Shown here piece by piece: positions 36,425 to 47,546 of a stretch of 64,000 nucleotides of DNA. Numbering within the stretch: the stretch's first letter is position 1; every line of letters begins with the position of its first letter. A program made the translations under genes and the position numbers. The DNA comes from Candidatus Latescibacterota bacterium. Lineage in GTDB: Bacteria > Latescibacterota > UBA2968 > UBA8231. The stretch covers positions 5,344,001-5,408,000 of the forward strand of contig CBDETY010000003.1 of NCBI GenBank assembly GCA_965243025.1, given 5' to 3'. Below the pieces are notes generated by a model that saw only the letters and a list, made by a program, of their open reading frames with translations, searched no databases and was not told the origin of the DNA.

Positions 36425-38014
36425 TCACAGGCCGACCCGGGTCGCCCACTTGACGTCGTCGCTCGCGAGCAGTTCGTCGAGGACGCCGTCGGGTATGGGG
36501 CTGTCGACGTTGAGGATGGTAAGGGCGCGGCCGCCGACCTGCTGCCGGCCGCAGGACATCTGCGCGATGTTGACCCCATGAGACCCCATGATGGTGCCGA
36601 CCCGTCCGATGACCCCGGGAATGTCCTCGTTGGTGTAAAAAAGCATGTTTCCTTCGGGGACGGCGTCGAAGTGGTAGTCGTCGAGGCGCACGATGCGCGG
36701 GTCGCTCTTGCCGAATATCGTTCCCGAAAGCACCCGCTCGCTGCCGGCGTGGTAGACGACGGTGATCATGCTGGCGAAGTCCTCGGGTTCGCTGCTCTTC
36801 AGCTCGTCGACCGAAAGGCCCCGTTCCTGGGCGAAGATCGGGGCGTTGACGTAGTTGACGATCTCGTTGGAAATCGTCTCCATGAGGCCTTTGAGCACCG
36901 CCGCGGTGATCGGCGAGGTGGGGTGGTTGGTGACTTCCCCGTGGTATTCCACCGTGATCCGTTCGAGCTGCCCGGTGCCCAGCTGCGCCTGAATCCGGCC
37001 CATGCGCTCGGCGAGGTCGAGGTAGGGTTGCAGCGCCCGGTACACCTCCGGCTCGACCGAGGGCAGGTTGACGGCGTTGCGCACCGGCATGTCGGGGTCG
37101 GACAACGTCTCGCCGACCTGTTCGGCAACCTGAAGGGCCACGCTCGCCTGGGCTTCCTCGGTGGAGGCGCCGATATGGGGGGTGCAGATGACGGCCTCGT
37201 GGCGCACCAGCGCGTTCTCCTCGCCGGGGGGTTCCCGCTCGAGCACGTCGAGGGCGGCCCCGGCGACCTTCCCGGAGTTCAGCGCCCCGAGCAGGGCCGC
37301 TTCGTCGACGATGCCGCCGCGGGCGCAGTTGATGATGCGCACGCCATCCTTGCAGGAGGCGATCTGCTCCCGGGAGATGTAGTGCCGCGTCTGGTCGGTC
37401 AGGTGAAGGTGGACGCTGATGAAATCCGACTCGGCCCAGAGCTGTTCGAGCGGGACCAGCTGGGCTCCGTGCGAAAGGGCGGCCTCGGCCGAGACGTAGG
37501 GGTCGTGCCCGAGAACGCGCATCTGAAAAGCTCCGGCGCGATGCGCCACCTCGCGGCCGACCTTGCCGAGACCGATGATGCCGAGGGTCTTGCCGGCGAG
37601 CTCGACCCCGGTGAAACTGCTGCGCTCCCAGCCGCCGGCGCGCACCGAGGCCGAGGCCCCGGGAATCCGCCGGGCGAGCGCCAGGATCAGGCCGAAACAG
37701 TGCTCGGCGGTGGAGGTCGAGTTGCCCCCGGGGGTGTTCATCACCACGATCCCGCGGCGGGTCGCGGCGGCGACGTCGATGTTGTCGACCCCCGCGCCGG
37801 CGCGCCCGATCACCCTGAGGCGCTTGCCCGCACCGATCACCTCCTCGGTGACCTCGGTGCCCGACCGCACGATCAGCCCCTCGTAGTCGCCGATCGCCTC
37901 GAGGAGGCCGGCGTGAGTCAGGTCGGTGCGCACCTCGACCGAAATTCCCTGGAAGCGCTGCAGCAGATCGACGCAGCCGGGATCCATGCGGTCGCTGATG
38001 AGGACTTTCATCAC
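36425..38014 (-). CDS. serA: D-3-phosphoglycerate dehydrogenase (long form with ACT domain)
   Basis: GRAGAGVDNID, NCARGG, TPHIGAST.EAQ and a C-terminal ACT domain. Confidence 0.96.
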   Translation of the reverse strand: MMKVLISDRMDPGCVDLLQRFQGISVEVRTDLTHAGLLEAIGDYEGLIVRSGTEVTEEVIGAGKRLRVIGRAGAGVDNIDVAAATRRGIVVMNTPGGNSTSTAEHCFGLILALARRIPGASASVRAGGWERSSFTGVELAGKTLGIIGLGKVGREVAHRAGAFQMRVLGHDPYVSAEAALSHGAQLVPLEQLWAESDFISVHLHLTDQTRHYISREQIASCKDGVRIINCARGGIVDEAALLGALNSGKVAGAALDVLEREPPGEENALVRHEAVICTPHIGASTEEAQASVALQVAEQVGETLSDPDMPVRNAVNLPSVEPEVYRALQPYLDLAERMGRIQAQLGTGQLERITVEYHGEVTNHPTSPITAAVLKGLMETISNEIVNYVNAPIFAQERGLSVDELKSSEPEDFASMITVVYHAGSERVLSGTIFGKSDPRIVRLDDYHFDAVPEGNMLFYTNEDIPGVIGRVGTIMGSHGVNIAQMSCGRQQVGGRALTILNVDSPIPDGVLDELLASDDVKWATRVGL

Positions 38015-38622
38015 CAGGTCTCGACGGGCGTGCTTTCCCGCCCCTCGAGGGTATCGAGAATCCAGCTCCAGATGTCGTCGCGGCCTTCTCCGCTTACCGC
38101 CGAAAACGACACGAACGAGGCGCCGGCGAGCTGTTCCCCGTCTGCGACCTGCCGCAGCTGCCGGTTGCGCTGGCTCCGGGACATCTTGTCCACCTTGGCG
38201 AAAGCGACAAGACAGGGGATGCGATGGCTGCTGAGCCAGTCGGTCATCAGCAGGTCGAGCTCTCCCGGTCCGCGCCGTATGTCGATCAGCTGGACCACTG
38301 CCTTCAACTGCTCCCGATTGTTCAGGTACGAGTCCGTCAGCCGCCCCAACTCAGTCCTCAGGGTCTTTCCTCCCCGAACGTATCCGTACCCCGGAAGGTC
38401 TACGAGATAGAACCGCCGGTTGACGCGGTAGTAGTTGAGCTGCCGGGTCTTCCCCGGGGTGGAGCTCGTCTGCGCCAGTTTCCGGCGCTGGACCAGCCGG
38501 TTGATCAGGGAGGATTTGCCGACGTTGGAACGGCCGGAGAAGGCGATGTCCGGAAGCCCGTCGGAGGGTGTATCGGCCGCATCGGCGGCCCCGATGACGA
38601 ACTCGGCGCTGTGAATCTGCAT
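38011..38622 (-). CDS. engB: ribosome biogenesis GTPase YihA/YsxC
   Basis: GRSNVGKSSLIN, PGKT and DLPGYGY. Confidence 0.96.
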   Translation of the reverse strand: MQIHSAEFVIGAADAADTPSDGLPDIAFSGRSNVGKSSLINRLVQRRKLAQTSSTPGKTRQLNYYRVNRRFYLVDLPGYGYVRGGKTLRTELGRLTDSYLNNREQLKAVVQLIDIRRGPGELDLLMTDWLSSHRIPCLVAFAKVDKMSRSQRNRQLRQVADGEQLAGASFVSFSAVSGEGRDDIWSWILDTLEGRESTPVETW

Positions 38623-38644
38623 AGCTTGTGGGGCCAGGTCCCGG

Positions 38645-39892
38645 TCATGCCCGCTGGCGCATGAATTCGTCGTCGTCGTCGATGTTTCCGACCCCTTTCA
38701 GGATCATCTCGGAGGTCACCACGACCTCCTTGACGCTGTCGTGAGAAGGGGTGTCGTACATGGTGTCCATCATCGACTGCTCGAGCACGGAGCGCAGACC
38801 GCGTGCCCCCGTACCCTTCCTGACCGTCAGGTCAACGACCGTGTGAAGCGCTTCTTCGCTGAAATCGAGGATGACGCCGTCGATCTCGAACAGCCTGCAT
38901 ACCTGCCTGACAATGGCGTTCTTCGGTTCCGTCAGGATGCGGAACAGATCATCCTCGCTGAGCGGGTCCATGGTGGTCACTACCGGGACGCGGCCCACGA
39001 ACTCGGGAATCAGCCCGTAGGCGAGCAGGTCTTCCGGGTGGACCTCGCTCAGCACCGCCATCTGATCCGCCTCGGCTGCCTCCCGCTCGTTGGCGGCGCC
39101 GAATCCCAGGGTCCGGCGTCCAACCCGTTGCGAGATGATCTTCTCCAGTCCCTCGAAGGCGCCGCCGCATATGAACAGGATGTTGCCGGTGTTGATCTGG
39201 ATCATCGACTGCTCGGGATGCTTGCGCCCTCCCTTGGGCGGGATGTTGGCGACCGTGCCCTCCAGGATTTTGAGGAGGGCCTGCTGCACACCTTCCCCCG
39301 ATACGTCCCGGCTCACGGCCGGGGTGGCGGACTTGCGCGCGATCTTGTCGACCTCGTCGAGGTAGACGATCCCCTTCTCGGCGCGGGCGACGTCGTAGTC
39401 GGCGGCCTGCAGCAGTCCGACGAGGATGTTCTCGACGTCCTCGCCGACGTACCCCGCTTCGGTAAGAATGGTGGCGTCGGCGATGGAGAAGGGCACCTGG
39501 AGCACCTTCGCCAGGGTCTGCGCCAGCAGGGTCTTGCCGGTCCCGGTCGGGCCGACGAGCATGATGTTGCTCTTCTCGAGCTCGACGTCGTCGAGGGAGA
39601 CGTTGGAGCGGATGCGCTTGTAATGGTTGTAAACGGCAACCGAAAGGATCTTCTTGGCCCGTTCCTGTCCGATGACGTAGTCGTCGAGAAACGATTTGAT
39701 TTCGAGCGGCTTGGGAAGCGCCCCGGTTTCCCAGGGGGTCTGCTTGCGGTTCTCCGCGAGCACCTCGTTGCAGAGCTTGACGCACTCGTTGCAGATGTGC
39801 ACGGACGGACCGGTGATGATCTTCTCGACCTGGGAGGCGCCGCGGGTGCAGAAGGAGCATTTCGGGTCGGTCTTGGAAGGACGCCGTCGCAC
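38645..39892 (-). CDS. clpX: ATP-dependent Clp protease ATP-binding subunit
   Basis: CSFC...ICNEC zinc finger, [14 protein letters not shown] and [14 protein letters not shown]; GTG start inferred. Confidence 0.97.
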   Translation of the reverse strand: MRRRPSKTDPKCSFCTRGASQVEKIITGPSVHICNECVKLCNEVLAENRKQTPWETGALPKPLEIKSFLDDYVIGQERAKKILSVAVYNHYKRIRSNVSLDDVELEKSNIMLVGPTGTGKTLLAQTLAKVLQVPFSIADATILTEAGYVGEDVENILVGLLQAADYDVARAEKGIVYLDEVDKIARKSATPAVSRDVSGEGVQQALLKILEGTVANIPPKGGRKHPEQSMIQINTGNILFICGGAFEGLEKIISQRVGRRTLGFGAANEREAAEADQMAVLSEVHPEDLLAYGLIPEFVGRVPVVTTMDPLSEDDLFRILTEPKNAIVRQVCRLFEIDGVILDFSEEALHTVVDLTVRKGTGARGLRSVLEQSMMDTMYDTPSHDSVKEVVVTSEMILKGVGNIDDDDEFMRQRA

Positions 39893-39918
39893 TCTGATTT
39901 CCGCTGCTCGAAGGGGTG

Positions 39919-40530
39919 TCAGCCGGCCGCTTCTGCGGACTGGGCGATCCCTGTGGGCAGGATGATCTCGTCGATGATGCCGTACTCGAGCGCTTCTTCG
40001 GGACTCATGAAAAAGTCCCGTTCCGTGTCCCTGCGGATGGTCTCGAGATCCCTGCCGGTGCGGTCGGCGAGAATGTCGTTGATCTGCTCGCGGATCTCGA
40101 TGATTTCGCGAGCGTGAATCTCCATGTCGGAAGCCTGGCCGCCGATGCCGCCCATCGGCTGGTGGAGAAGTATTCGCGCGTTGGGCAGGCTCTGGCGCTT
40201 CCCTCTGGCGCCTCCTGCCAGGAGCACAGCCGACATGCTCGAGGCCTGGCCGATGCAGATGGTTGCGATGTCGGGCTGGACGTACTGCATGGTGTCGAAT
40301 ACCGCCATTCCCGCGGTAACGGATCCGCCCGGGCTGTTGATGTACAGGGAAATGTCCCGCTTGGGGTCTTCGGAGGCGAGGAAAAGCAACTGGGCGATGG
40401 CGAGGTTGGCAATGCCGTCGCCTATCGGCGTGCCGATGAAGATGATGCGCTCCTTGAGCAGGCGGGAGTAAATGTCGTACGAGCGCTCGCCTCTGCCCGT
40501 CTGCTCTATGACCATGGGTATGAGGGACAC
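39919..40530 (-). CDS. clpP: Clp protease proteolytic subunit
   Basis: [20 protein letters not shown] and HQP.GG. Confidence 0.98.
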   Translation of the reverse strand: MSLIPMVIEQTGRGERSYDIYSRLLKERIIFIGTPIGDGIANLAIAQLLFLASEDPKRDISLYINSPGGSVTAGMAVFDTMQYVQPDIATICIGQASSMSAVLLAGGARGKRQSLPNARILLHQPMGGIGGQASDMEIHAREIIEIREQINDILADRTGRDLETIRRDTERDFFMSPEEALEYGIIDEIILPTGIAQSAEAAG

Positions 40531-41795
40531 TATACCGACTCCTCGCTGATTTCGGCGCGTTCGCCAAGGTACTCGAAAATCTTCTCGTTCTCCAACTCCC
40601 GCCTGATGTCGTCGGCGCGGGGGGACCTTTTCAGGTCGGCCGCCTGGAATCCGAGCTGCTGCGCCCGCCGTTCGAAGAATTCGGTTGTCTCTTCCTCGGT
40701 GACCTCGGGATTCAGCTTCTTTCTCAGGCCGTCCAGCAGCAGGGAAGTCTTGAGGCTCCTGATAACCGAGATCCGCTCCTCGCCGGTTATCTCGGGGGGG
40801 TCTTCATCCCCGTCGCCGTCGGCATCCCGCTCCTCCTTCACCCGCTCGATATAGCTCTCTACCAGACGGTCCGGCAGGTCGAACGGGTTTCCCCTGATGA
40901 GGCCGTCGACCAGATCGCTTCGCTCTTTCCGCCGCGCCAGCGAATCCCAGGTCTCCTGAAGCTGCCGGCGCAGGTACTCGCGCAGCCCCTCGAGACCGTC
41001 GAACTGGTCTCCCAGGTCCTTGGCGAACTCGTCGTCAAGCACGGGAAGGGTGCGCTCCCTGATCTCCCTGACGGTTACGTTGAAAGACCGTTTCTGTCCG
41101 GCGAGCTCCTTGTTGGGCAGATCCTCCCGGTAGGAGAAGTCGACACGCCGTTCTTCGCCGGGGCCGATGCCGATGAGTGCCTCTTCGAACTCGGGGCTCG
41201 GGGCGTCGTCCGAGCCGATGAGGAAATAGCGTTCCTCGTAGCGGTCGCCGATCAGGGCAACCCCGTCCTCGTTCAATCCCTGCAGGTCGGCGACGAGCAC
41301 GTCCCCCTTTTCGAGGGGCCGCTCCACCGACATCTCGGTGGCGTTCCGTTCCCTCAGTTTTTCGAGCTCGCGGTCGACCTCCTCGTCGCTGACCTCGTGG
41401 GTCATCCTCGAAACCGCGAGCCGTTCGTAGTTCTCGACATCGATCTGCGGCCAGATATCCATGGTGGCCTTGAAGGTGAGCGGCTTGCCGGGTTCGTGGT
41501 CACTCAGGGTGATCGTCGGCGTGCTTGCCGGAACGATGTCTGCCGACTGAGCGGCTTCCTGCACCAGGTCGGGAAGCATTCGGCTGACCACCTCATGGCG
41601 GATCGACGGGCCGTACCGCGACTCGATGACTTTCATCGGGACCTTGCCTTTGCGAAATCCAGGGATTTCGAGCCTTTTGCGGTACCTGCGGAACGCGGTG
41701 GCCACTTCCGAGTCGATGCGCTCGGCAGGAACCTCGACCTCGAGCTCGCGTTCCCACTGGCCTTTCTCAATTACGTTGGTTCTGACTTCCGACAA
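40530..41795 (-). CDS. tig: trigger factor
   Basis: [10 protein letters not shown] signature; tig-clpP-clpX synteny. Confidence 0.95.
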   Translation of the reverse strand: MSEVRTNVIEKGQWERELEVEVPAERIDSEVATAFRRYRKRLEIPGFRKGKVPMKVIESRYGPSIRHEVVSRMLPDLVQEAAQSADIVPASTPTITLSDHEPGKPLTFKATMDIWPQIDVENYERLAVSRMTHEVSDEEVDRELEKLRERNATEMSVERPLEKGDVLVADLQGLNEDGVALIGDRYEERYFLIGSDDAPSPEFEEALIGIGPGEERRVDFSYREDLPNKELAGQKRSFNVTVREIRERTLPVLDDEFAKDLGDQFDGLEGLREYLRRQLQETWDSLARRKERSDLVDGLIRGNPFDLPDRLVESYIERVKEERDADGDGDEDPPEITGEERISVIRSLKTSLLLDGLRKKLNPEVTEEETTEFFERRAQQLGFQAADLKRSPRADDIRRELENEKIFEYLGERAEISEESV

Positions 41796-41918
41796 GGGGG
41801 GCCTTGATGCTTATGGAGATTGCAGAAAAACAGGTTCCGTGGACGATCCGGAAATGTGATTGAGAGGGAGCACCGCGGTTTTTTGCGCGGCGCAGTCTGT
41901 GGGGTGGAGTGTTTTCCG

Positions 41919-42002
41919 TGCGGAAGGGGGGATTCGAACCCCCAAGCCCGTTAGGGCACCAGATCCTAAATCTGGCGCGTATGCCAGTTCCGCCACTCCC
42001 GC
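41919..42002 (-). tRNA. tRNA-Leu (anticodon TAG)
   Basis: Reverse complement GCGGGAGTGGCGGAACTGGCATACGCG-CCAGA-TTTAGGA-TCTGG, long variable arm, GGGGGTTCGAATCCCCC-CTTCCGCA; lies upstream of tig. Confidence 0.96.
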
Positions 42003-42110
42003 TTGCGACCGGCTGAATTTCGCCTCCAAACTAAAATTACCAACGCCCCGACCGGAACGTTGGCATTTATGCTGGAATCGACAATATAGGTTTGCCCCTC
42101 TGGGGGGTCA

Positions 42111-42325
42111 ACAGCCCGCTGATAAAGTTGCTCTGCAGACGAGGCCGGGTCATGGCGGTCGAACTTGGGGCAGAAAAATCCCGAAATCGAATCCGACCCC
42201 TTCCTTGGATTTCCTGCCCCAACATGGCGTGCGACCGAGGCGGATCGAGGGGATTCGGGGAGGGAGCGCAACGCCGTATTCGACCGCGGGCCGGCCGCAG
42301 CCCGGATCGGCTTTTACGACGGCTG
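42111..42325. mobile_element. MITE-like element family 2, long copy
   Basis: Starts CAGCCCGCTGATAAAGTTGCTCTGCAG and ends GGCCGCAGCCCGGATCGGCTTTTACGACGGCTG; both ends match 3825-3884. Confidence 0.55.
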
Positions 42326-43699
42326 CTGATCGGGGTGCCTCCAGCTGGCGGTGCGGCGTGCGATTTCAGCGGCCAGACGATCGATTGCTACCCGGTCCTG
42401 ATCCATGGAATCCCGTTCCCGAAGGGTGACGGTTCCGTCCTCGAGAGTCTGCGAATCGACGGTCAGGCAGAACGGTGTGCCGACCTCGTCCATGCGGCGG
42501 TAACGCCGCCCGATTGCCCCGCCTTCGTCGTAGAAAACCCTGAACTCGGAACGCAGGTCTCCGACGATCCGGCGCGCCACGTCGGGCATGCCGTCCCGTT
42601 TTACAAGGGGCAGAACCGCTGCCTTGATCGGGGCGATCTTCGGATGGAAGCGCATCACCACACGCCTTTCCCCCCGGACCTCTTCCTCGGAGTAGGCGTT
42701 GACCAGGCACATCATCGCCGAACGGGTGGCGCCGACCGCGGTTTCCACCACCGCAGGCAGGAGCTTCTCGCGGGATTCCTCGTTGAAGTAGCGCAGCGCC
42801 TTTCCCGAGAACTCCTCGTGCCTGCCGAGATCGAACTGGCCGCGGTTGTGGACCCCTTCGATTTCACCCCACCCGAAAGGGAATTCGTACTGGATGTCGA
42901 AGGCCTTGCTCGCGTAATGGGCGAGCTCGGCGCCGACGTGTTCATGCCAGCGCAACTTCGCCCCGGGAATACCGAGGTCGGCGAACCAGTTCCAGCGCTG
43001 CTCCTTCCAGTAATCGAACCATTCGTCTTCGGAGCCAGGCTCGACGAAGTACTGCATTTCCATCTGCTCGAATTCCCGCACGCGAAAAAGAAAGTTCTTC
43101 GTGTTGATCTCGTTGCGGAACGACTTGCCTATCTGGGCGATGCCGAAAGGAAGCTTCTGGCGCATGGCGGTCTGCACGTTGAGGAAGTTGACGAAGATCC
43201 CCTGGGCGGTCTCCGGCCGCAGGTAGGTGACGGAGGCATCGTCCTCAACGGGGCCGACGTGGGTCTTGAACATCAGGTTGAAATGCCGCGGCTCGGAGAG
43301 CTCGTTTCCCTTCGGGCTTTTTATGGCGAGTTCGGACAGTTTCGCCGCCATCTGCTCGAAGCTCCAGCCGGTGGGGTCGACCCCGTTCTCCTCGAGAACG
43401 TGATCGAGACGGAAGCGCTCGTGGGTTTTCCTGTCTTCGACGAGGGGGTCGTGAAAACCGTCGACGTGCCCGGAAGCCTCCCATACCCGCGGGTGCATCA
43501 GTATGCTGGCGTCGATGCCCTCGACGTCCTCGCGCCAGGTCATCGCCCGCCACCACGACTCCTTGATGTTGCGCAACAGCTCGGCGCCGAGGGGACCGTA
43601 GTCCCAGCAGCCGTTGAGACCCCCGTAGATTTCGGAGCTCTGAAAGATGAACCCCTTGCGTTTGCAAAGGGACACGACCTTTTCCATTACCTGTTCCAT
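42314..43699 (-). CDS. glyQS: glycine--tRNA ligase (alpha2 type)
   Basis: WDYGPLG, YLRPETAQGIF, GKSFRNEI and REFEQME. Confidence 0.97.
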   Translation of the reverse strand: MEQVMEKVVSLCKRKGFIFQSSEIYGGLNGCWDYGPLGAELLRNIKESWWRAMTWREDVEGIDASILMHPRVWEASGHVDGFHDPLVEDRKTHERFRLDHVLEENGVDPTGWSFEQMAAKLSELAIKSPKGNELSEPRHFNLMFKTHVGPVEDDASVTYLRPETAQGIFVNFLNVQTAMRQKLPFGIAQIGKSFRNEINTKNFLFRVREFEQMEMQYFVEPGSEDEWFDYWKEQRWNWFADLGIPGAKLRWHEHVGAELAHYASKAFDIQYEFPFGWGEIEGVHNRGQFDLGRHEEFSGKALRYFNEESREKLLPAVVETAVGATRSAMMCLVNAYSEEEVRGERRVVMRFHPKIAPIKAAVLPLVKRDGMPDVARRIVGDLRSEFRVFYDEGGAIGRRYRRMDEVGTPFCLTVDSQTLEDGTVTLRERDSMDQDRVAIDRLAAEIARRTASWRHPDQQPS

Positions 43700-43712
43700 A
43701 CCTGCCGATTCC

Positions 43713-44546
43713 TCAATGCAAGAATTCCAGGGCCTTCAGGCGGCCGCCCGCACCGCCGTGGTGCTCCAGAAAGCCGCTTAAAATCGCGCGTATCTCCCCG
43801 CACCCGGGAGGCAGGGGCGGAATCGCCTCTTTCCTGTACGTGCGGACGTTCTGCAGGCGCGCCAGAAAACCGAGGCTGTCGGGGGCGACGCGATGACCGC
43901 CGTTGCGCGAATAGCGGGCCAATCGTTCATCTTCCATCGCTCGATTCCACTGGTAGCCGCCATCCTCCGGCACGTCCTCGGCGCGGTGGCAGTCGCTGCA
44001 AAGGCCGCCGCCCAGACCGGCGCTGAAGTAGGGTGCTTCGCAGCCTGCCAGCGGGGTGTTGCAGGAGACGCAGCCGCTGAGCTCGGGACGGTAGCCCAGC
44101 GCCTCGGCGAGGCGCAGCTGGAAATACCAGAACAGCGACTCGATCTGTTCAGGGTCCACTTCCTCGAGAGCGGCCAGGACTCCGGTCAGGCATCTGTAGA
44201 GCCGCTGATTCGGCTCCTGCTCTATGGCGATTCGGTCAATGGACTCGCAGGCGGCGCTGGCGAAGGACAGGCGCCGGAAGTCGCGCAGCAGGGCGGGGAA
44301 GGACTGCACGACGTCGCATTCGCTCAGCGTCTGCAGGTCGCGATCCTCCCGCAGGTAGCAGACCGCCTGCACCTCCGTCATCACTTCGAGGGCGGCGCCG
44401 AACTTGCTTTTCGGGCGGCGCGCCCCTTTTGCGACAACCTTGAGCTTGCCGAACTCCTCGGAGTAGAGCGTCGCCAGCTTGCTCGTCTCTCCCATGCGCC
44501 GGCTGCGCACGACGACGGCCCGCGTCTTGACGATCTGCCTGCCCAT
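43713..44546 (-). CDS. recO: DNA repair protein RecO
   Basis: ETSK...Y..EFGK..VVAKGARRPKSKF and a CxxC..CxxC zinc finger. Confidence 0.93.
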   Translation of the reverse strand: MGRQIVKTRAVVVRSRRMGETSKLATLYSEEFGKLKVVAKGARRPKSKFGAALEVMTEVQAVCYLREDRDLQTLSECDVVQSFPALLRDFRRLSFASAACESIDRIAIEQEPNQRLYRCLTGVLAALEEVDPEQIESLFWYFQLRLAEALGYRPELSGCVSCNTPLAGCEAPYFSAGLGGGLCSDCHRAEDVPEDGGYQWNRAMEDERLARYSRNGGHRVAPDSLGFLARLQNVRTYRKEAIPPLPPGCGEIRAILSGFLEHHGGAGGRLKALEFLH

Positions 44547-44549
44547 TCC

Positions 44550-44876
44550 CTATTCGGCCTTTCCCCCCTCGTCCGGAATGCGGTAGATCTGTTCGCCCGG
44601 CCTTTTCATTCCGTATTCCTCGCGCGCCACTTTTTCGAGATACCCGGTGTCGTTCCGCAAAAGCTCCAGCAGGGTGCGCAGACTGTCGTTCCGGGCGCGA
44701 AGCGATTCGACTTCGTTTTGCAGAAGCTGCAGCTCGGTGCGCCGCGCCTCCACCTGCAGGTAGCCGCTTTCTCCCGCCAAAAGGACGTACACACCACCGG
44801 CGAACAGGGCGAGAAACAACAGCTGTTTCCACCTGCGGTGGGATCGCGCCGCCAGCTTGTCGGTGCCGCGGTTCAC
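44550..44876 (-). CDS. ftsB: septum formation initiator (FtsB/DivIC)
   Basis: One TM segment, coiled coil, LEKVAREEYGM.RPGE; GTG start chosen because the upstream ATG lies inside a MITE. Confidence 0.85.
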   Translation of the reverse strand: MNRGTDKLAARSHRRWKQLLFLALFAGGVYVLLAGESGYLQVEARRTELQLLQNEVESLRARNDSLRTLLELLRNDTGYLEKVAREEYGMKRPGEQIYRIPDEGGKAE

Positions 44877-44889
44877 ACCGCCCCCGTCG

Positions 44890-44983
44890 GTGTCCCGCCG
44901 CGGAGACAGATTGAAAGAACCGGGACGCCGCGAGCCGGGATGGATCGGCGTCCCCATGGCGGCATGTTTCCGAGACAGAACAC
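44890..44983. mobile_element. MITE-like element family 1, short copy (internal deletion)
   Basis: Shares GTGTCCCG...AGATTGA and GAGCCGGGATGGATCGGCGTCCC with 33927-34088; abuts the proB TAG stop. Confidence 0.7.
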
Positions 44984-46155
44984 TAGAAGAGCACGAGATC
45001 GTCGCGGTGGATCACCTCGATGGCGGGCCGGCCAAGGGCGGCCTCCACGTCCGCGGAGCTTTTCCCGAGGACGCGGGCGATCTCCTCGGAGTCGTAGCGC
45101 GTCAGCCCGCGTGCGACCTCCGCCTTGCGGCGGTTCTCGACGCGGATGACGTCGCCCGGCTTGAACTCGCCGCTGCAGCCGACCACCCCGGCGACCAGCA
45201 GGCTTTTTCCCATATCGCGGATGGCGCGCTCGGCTCCCTTGTCGATGGCGACGCTCCCCTTGCAGGGTGAGGCGAACCCGATCCAGCGCTTGCGGCTTCC
45301 GAGCCGCTTGCGCGAGGGAAGGAAAAGGGTGCCGATTTGCCTTCCCGCGAGTATCTCGGGCAGCCGGTGCTTGCGGGCGTGGGCGATCACCGTCATCTCG
45401 CCGCACCTCATCAACAGGCGCGCGGCGCGGATCTTGGTCTGCATGCCCCCGCGGCCGAGCTGGTTGCTCGAGGTTCCGACGGCGGTCTCTATATCTGTAT
45501 CCTCCTCGACCTCGTGGATCAGTTCTCCGGCAGGACCATCCGGTCCATAAGAGGAGTACAGACCCTCGACGTCCGAAAGAATCACGAGCAGCTCGGCGTG
45601 GACGAGGTTGGCGACATACGCGGCCAGCGAATCGTTCTCGCCGATCGTCAACTTCAGCTCGGCGACGCCGACGCTGTCGTTTTCGTTGATCACCGGAACG
45701 GCGCCGAAGGAGAACAGGGAGCGGAAGGTATTGCGAAGGTTGAGATAGCGCTGCCGGTCGTCGAGGATGTCCTCGGCGGTGAGCAGCACCTGGCCGACGG
45801 CGATGCCGTGGCGTTTGAAAGCCGCCTCGTAGCGGTTCATCAGCAGGTTCTGTCCGACTGCGGCGGCAGCCTGCAGACCGGCGATGGCGCGCGGCCTCTC
45901 ACCCAGGCCGAGACGCCCCATTCCCGCCGCCACCGCTCCTGAAGAGACAATGGCGACTTCCAGTCCCTGCCGGCGAAGGTCGGCGACGTCGGCGGCCAGC
46001 TGGTTGATGACCTTGCCATCGAATTCGCTGGAGCCGCCCCGGGTGAGGCTGCTGCTGCCGATCTTGACGACCAGGCGTTTGACCGGTCCCAAACGCTCGC
46101 GTCCGGTTGCGGCTGCCGGGTCTTTGTGGTCCTCGAGCGCCTCGAAGTCTGTCAC
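44983..46155 (-). CDS. proB: glutamate 5-kinase
   Basis: [28 protein letters not shown] and a PUA domain. Confidence 0.96.
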   Translation of the reverse strand: MTDFEALEDHKDPAAATGRERLGPVKRLVVKIGSSSLTRGGSSEFDGKVINQLAADVADLRRQGLEVAIVSSGAVAAGMGRLGLGERPRAIAGLQAAAAVGQNLLMNRYEAAFKRHGIAVGQVLLTAEDILDDRQRYLNLRNTFRSLFSFGAVPVINENDSVGVAELKLTIGENDSLAAYVANLVHAELLVILSDVEGLYSSYGPDGPAGELIHEVEEDTDIETAVGTSSNQLGRGGMQTKIRAARLLMRCGEMTVIAHARKHRLPEILAGRQIGTLFLPSRKRLGSRKRWIGFASPCKGSVAIDKGAERAIRDMGKSLLVAGVVGCSGEFKPGDVIRVENRRKAEVARGLTRYDSEEIARVLGKSSADVEAALGRPAIEVIHRDDLVLF

Positions 46156-46940
46156 TGGTCGTCCGGGACCTGGTGGCCTCGTACCAGGACGCCCCGCTCA
46201 TCGAGAAAACGCTTTACTTCGGGAATGCTGTACTCCTCGTAGTGGAAGATCGAGGCGGCGAGGGCCGCGGATGCCTTGCCCTCGGTCAGCACTTCAAAGA
46301 TATGTGCGCAGTTGCCGCAACCTCCCGAGGCGACGATGGGAACGTCGACGCGCTCGGCGACGGTGCGGTTCAGCTCGAGGTCGTACCCTTCGCGCGTTCC
46401 GTCGGCGTCGATGCTGTTGAGCACGAGCTCTCCCGCGCCGCGGCCGACGAGCTCCTCCACCCAGCCGACGGCGTCCAGCCCGGTCGCCTTGCGGCCCCCG
46501 TTGACGTAGATCTCCCAGGCGGGCTCGTCCCCGCCGGAGGTGCGCAGCGCGTCGATTGCTCCGACGATGCACTGGCTGCCGAAGCTTTCGGCGCTCTCGT
46601 TGATTATGCCGGGATTCTCAACCGCCGCGGAGTTGATCGATACCTTGTCGGCACCCGACTTGAGAATCTCCCGGACGTCGGCGAAGGAGCGGATACCGCC
46701 GCCGACGGTGAGCGGGATGAAAACCTGCTCGGAAACCTGCTGCACCAGGTCCATGACGATGGCGCGGCCGTCAGCCGACGCCGTGATATCGTAAAAAACC
46801 AGTTCGTCCGCCCCTTCGGCGTCGTAGCGCGTCGCCAGCTCGACGGGGTCGCCGGCGTCCCGGTCGGCCGAGAACTTCACCCCGCGAACGTTGCGGCCGT
46901 TCTTTACGTCTAGGCAGGGTATGATCCGTTTGGCAAGCAT
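46152..46940 (-). CDS. hisF: imidazole glycerol phosphate synthase, cyclase subunit
   Basis: [21 protein letters not shown] and [11 protein letters not shown]. Confidence 0.98.
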   Translation of the reverse strand: MLAKRIIPCLDVKNGRNVRGVKFSADRDAGDPVELATRYDAEGADELVFYDITASADGRAIVMDLVQQVSEQVFIPLTVGGGIRSFADVREILKSGADKVSINSAAVENPGIINESAESFGSQCIVGAIDALRTSGGDEPAWEIYVNGGRKATGLDAVGWVEELVGRGAGELVLNSIDADGTREGYDLELNRTVAERVDVPIVASGGCGNCAHIFEVLTEGKASAALAASIFHYEEYSIPEVKRFLDERGVLVRGHQVPDDQ

Positions 46941-46943
46941 CGG

Positions 46944-47546
46944 TCAGTTGGCGGATGCGAAGTTGCGCAGCAGTCTCAACCCGACGTGCTGGCTTTTTTC
47001 GGGATGGAACTGCACTCCCCACATGTTGCCGCGAGCAGCTATCGAGGTGTAGTCCAACCCGTAGTCCGTCGTCGCCAGGCAGTCGCTCGGTTCCTCGCAG
47101 TCGACGTAGTACGAGTGCACGAAATAGAAAAAGCTGCCTTCGGGAACGCCGCAGAGGAGGTCGTCCTCTTTTTTCTTGGCGATCTGGTTCCAGCCGATCT
47201 GCGGCACCCTTTCGCCGCTCGGGAATCGAACCACGCGTCCCGGAAGCATGGACAGGCCGCGATGTCTGCCGCGTTCCTCGCTTTCGGCGAACATCAGCTG
47301 CAGTCCGACGCAGATACCGAGAAACGGTTTCCCCGCTTCCACCTCGCGCAGCAGGAATTCATCCCAGCCGCGCTCGCGAATGTTGCGCATCGCATCCCCG
47401 AAAGCTGCATCTCCCGGCAACACGAGGTGACTGGCGCCGCGCGCTTCTGCCGGACGTTCGACGATGGCGGCAGCGAAACCGAGGTACTCGAAGGCTTTCT
47501 GCACGCTGCGCAGGTTGCCCATACCATAGTCGATGACGGCGATCAT
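46944..47546 (-). CDS. hisH: imidazole glycerol phosphate synthase, glutaminase subunit
   Basis: IDYGMGNLRSV, GICVG.Q, YFVHSY and QFHPEKS. Confidence 0.97.
   Translation of the reverse strand: MIAVIDYGMGNLRSVQKAFEYLGFAAAIVERPAEARGASHLVLPGDAAFGDAMRNIRERGWDEFLLREVEAGKPFLGICVGLQLMFAESEERGRHRGLSMLPGRVVRFPSGERVPQIGWNQIAKKKEDDLLCGVPEGSFFYFVHSYYVDCEEPSDCLATTDYGLDYTSIAARGNMWGVQFHPEKSQHVGLRLLRNFASAN

Noticed and set aside
38645-40567. 640-aa ClpX with an N-terminal extension
   Set aside because: The extension overlaps clpP out of frame; ClpX homology starts at the zinc finger near 39890.
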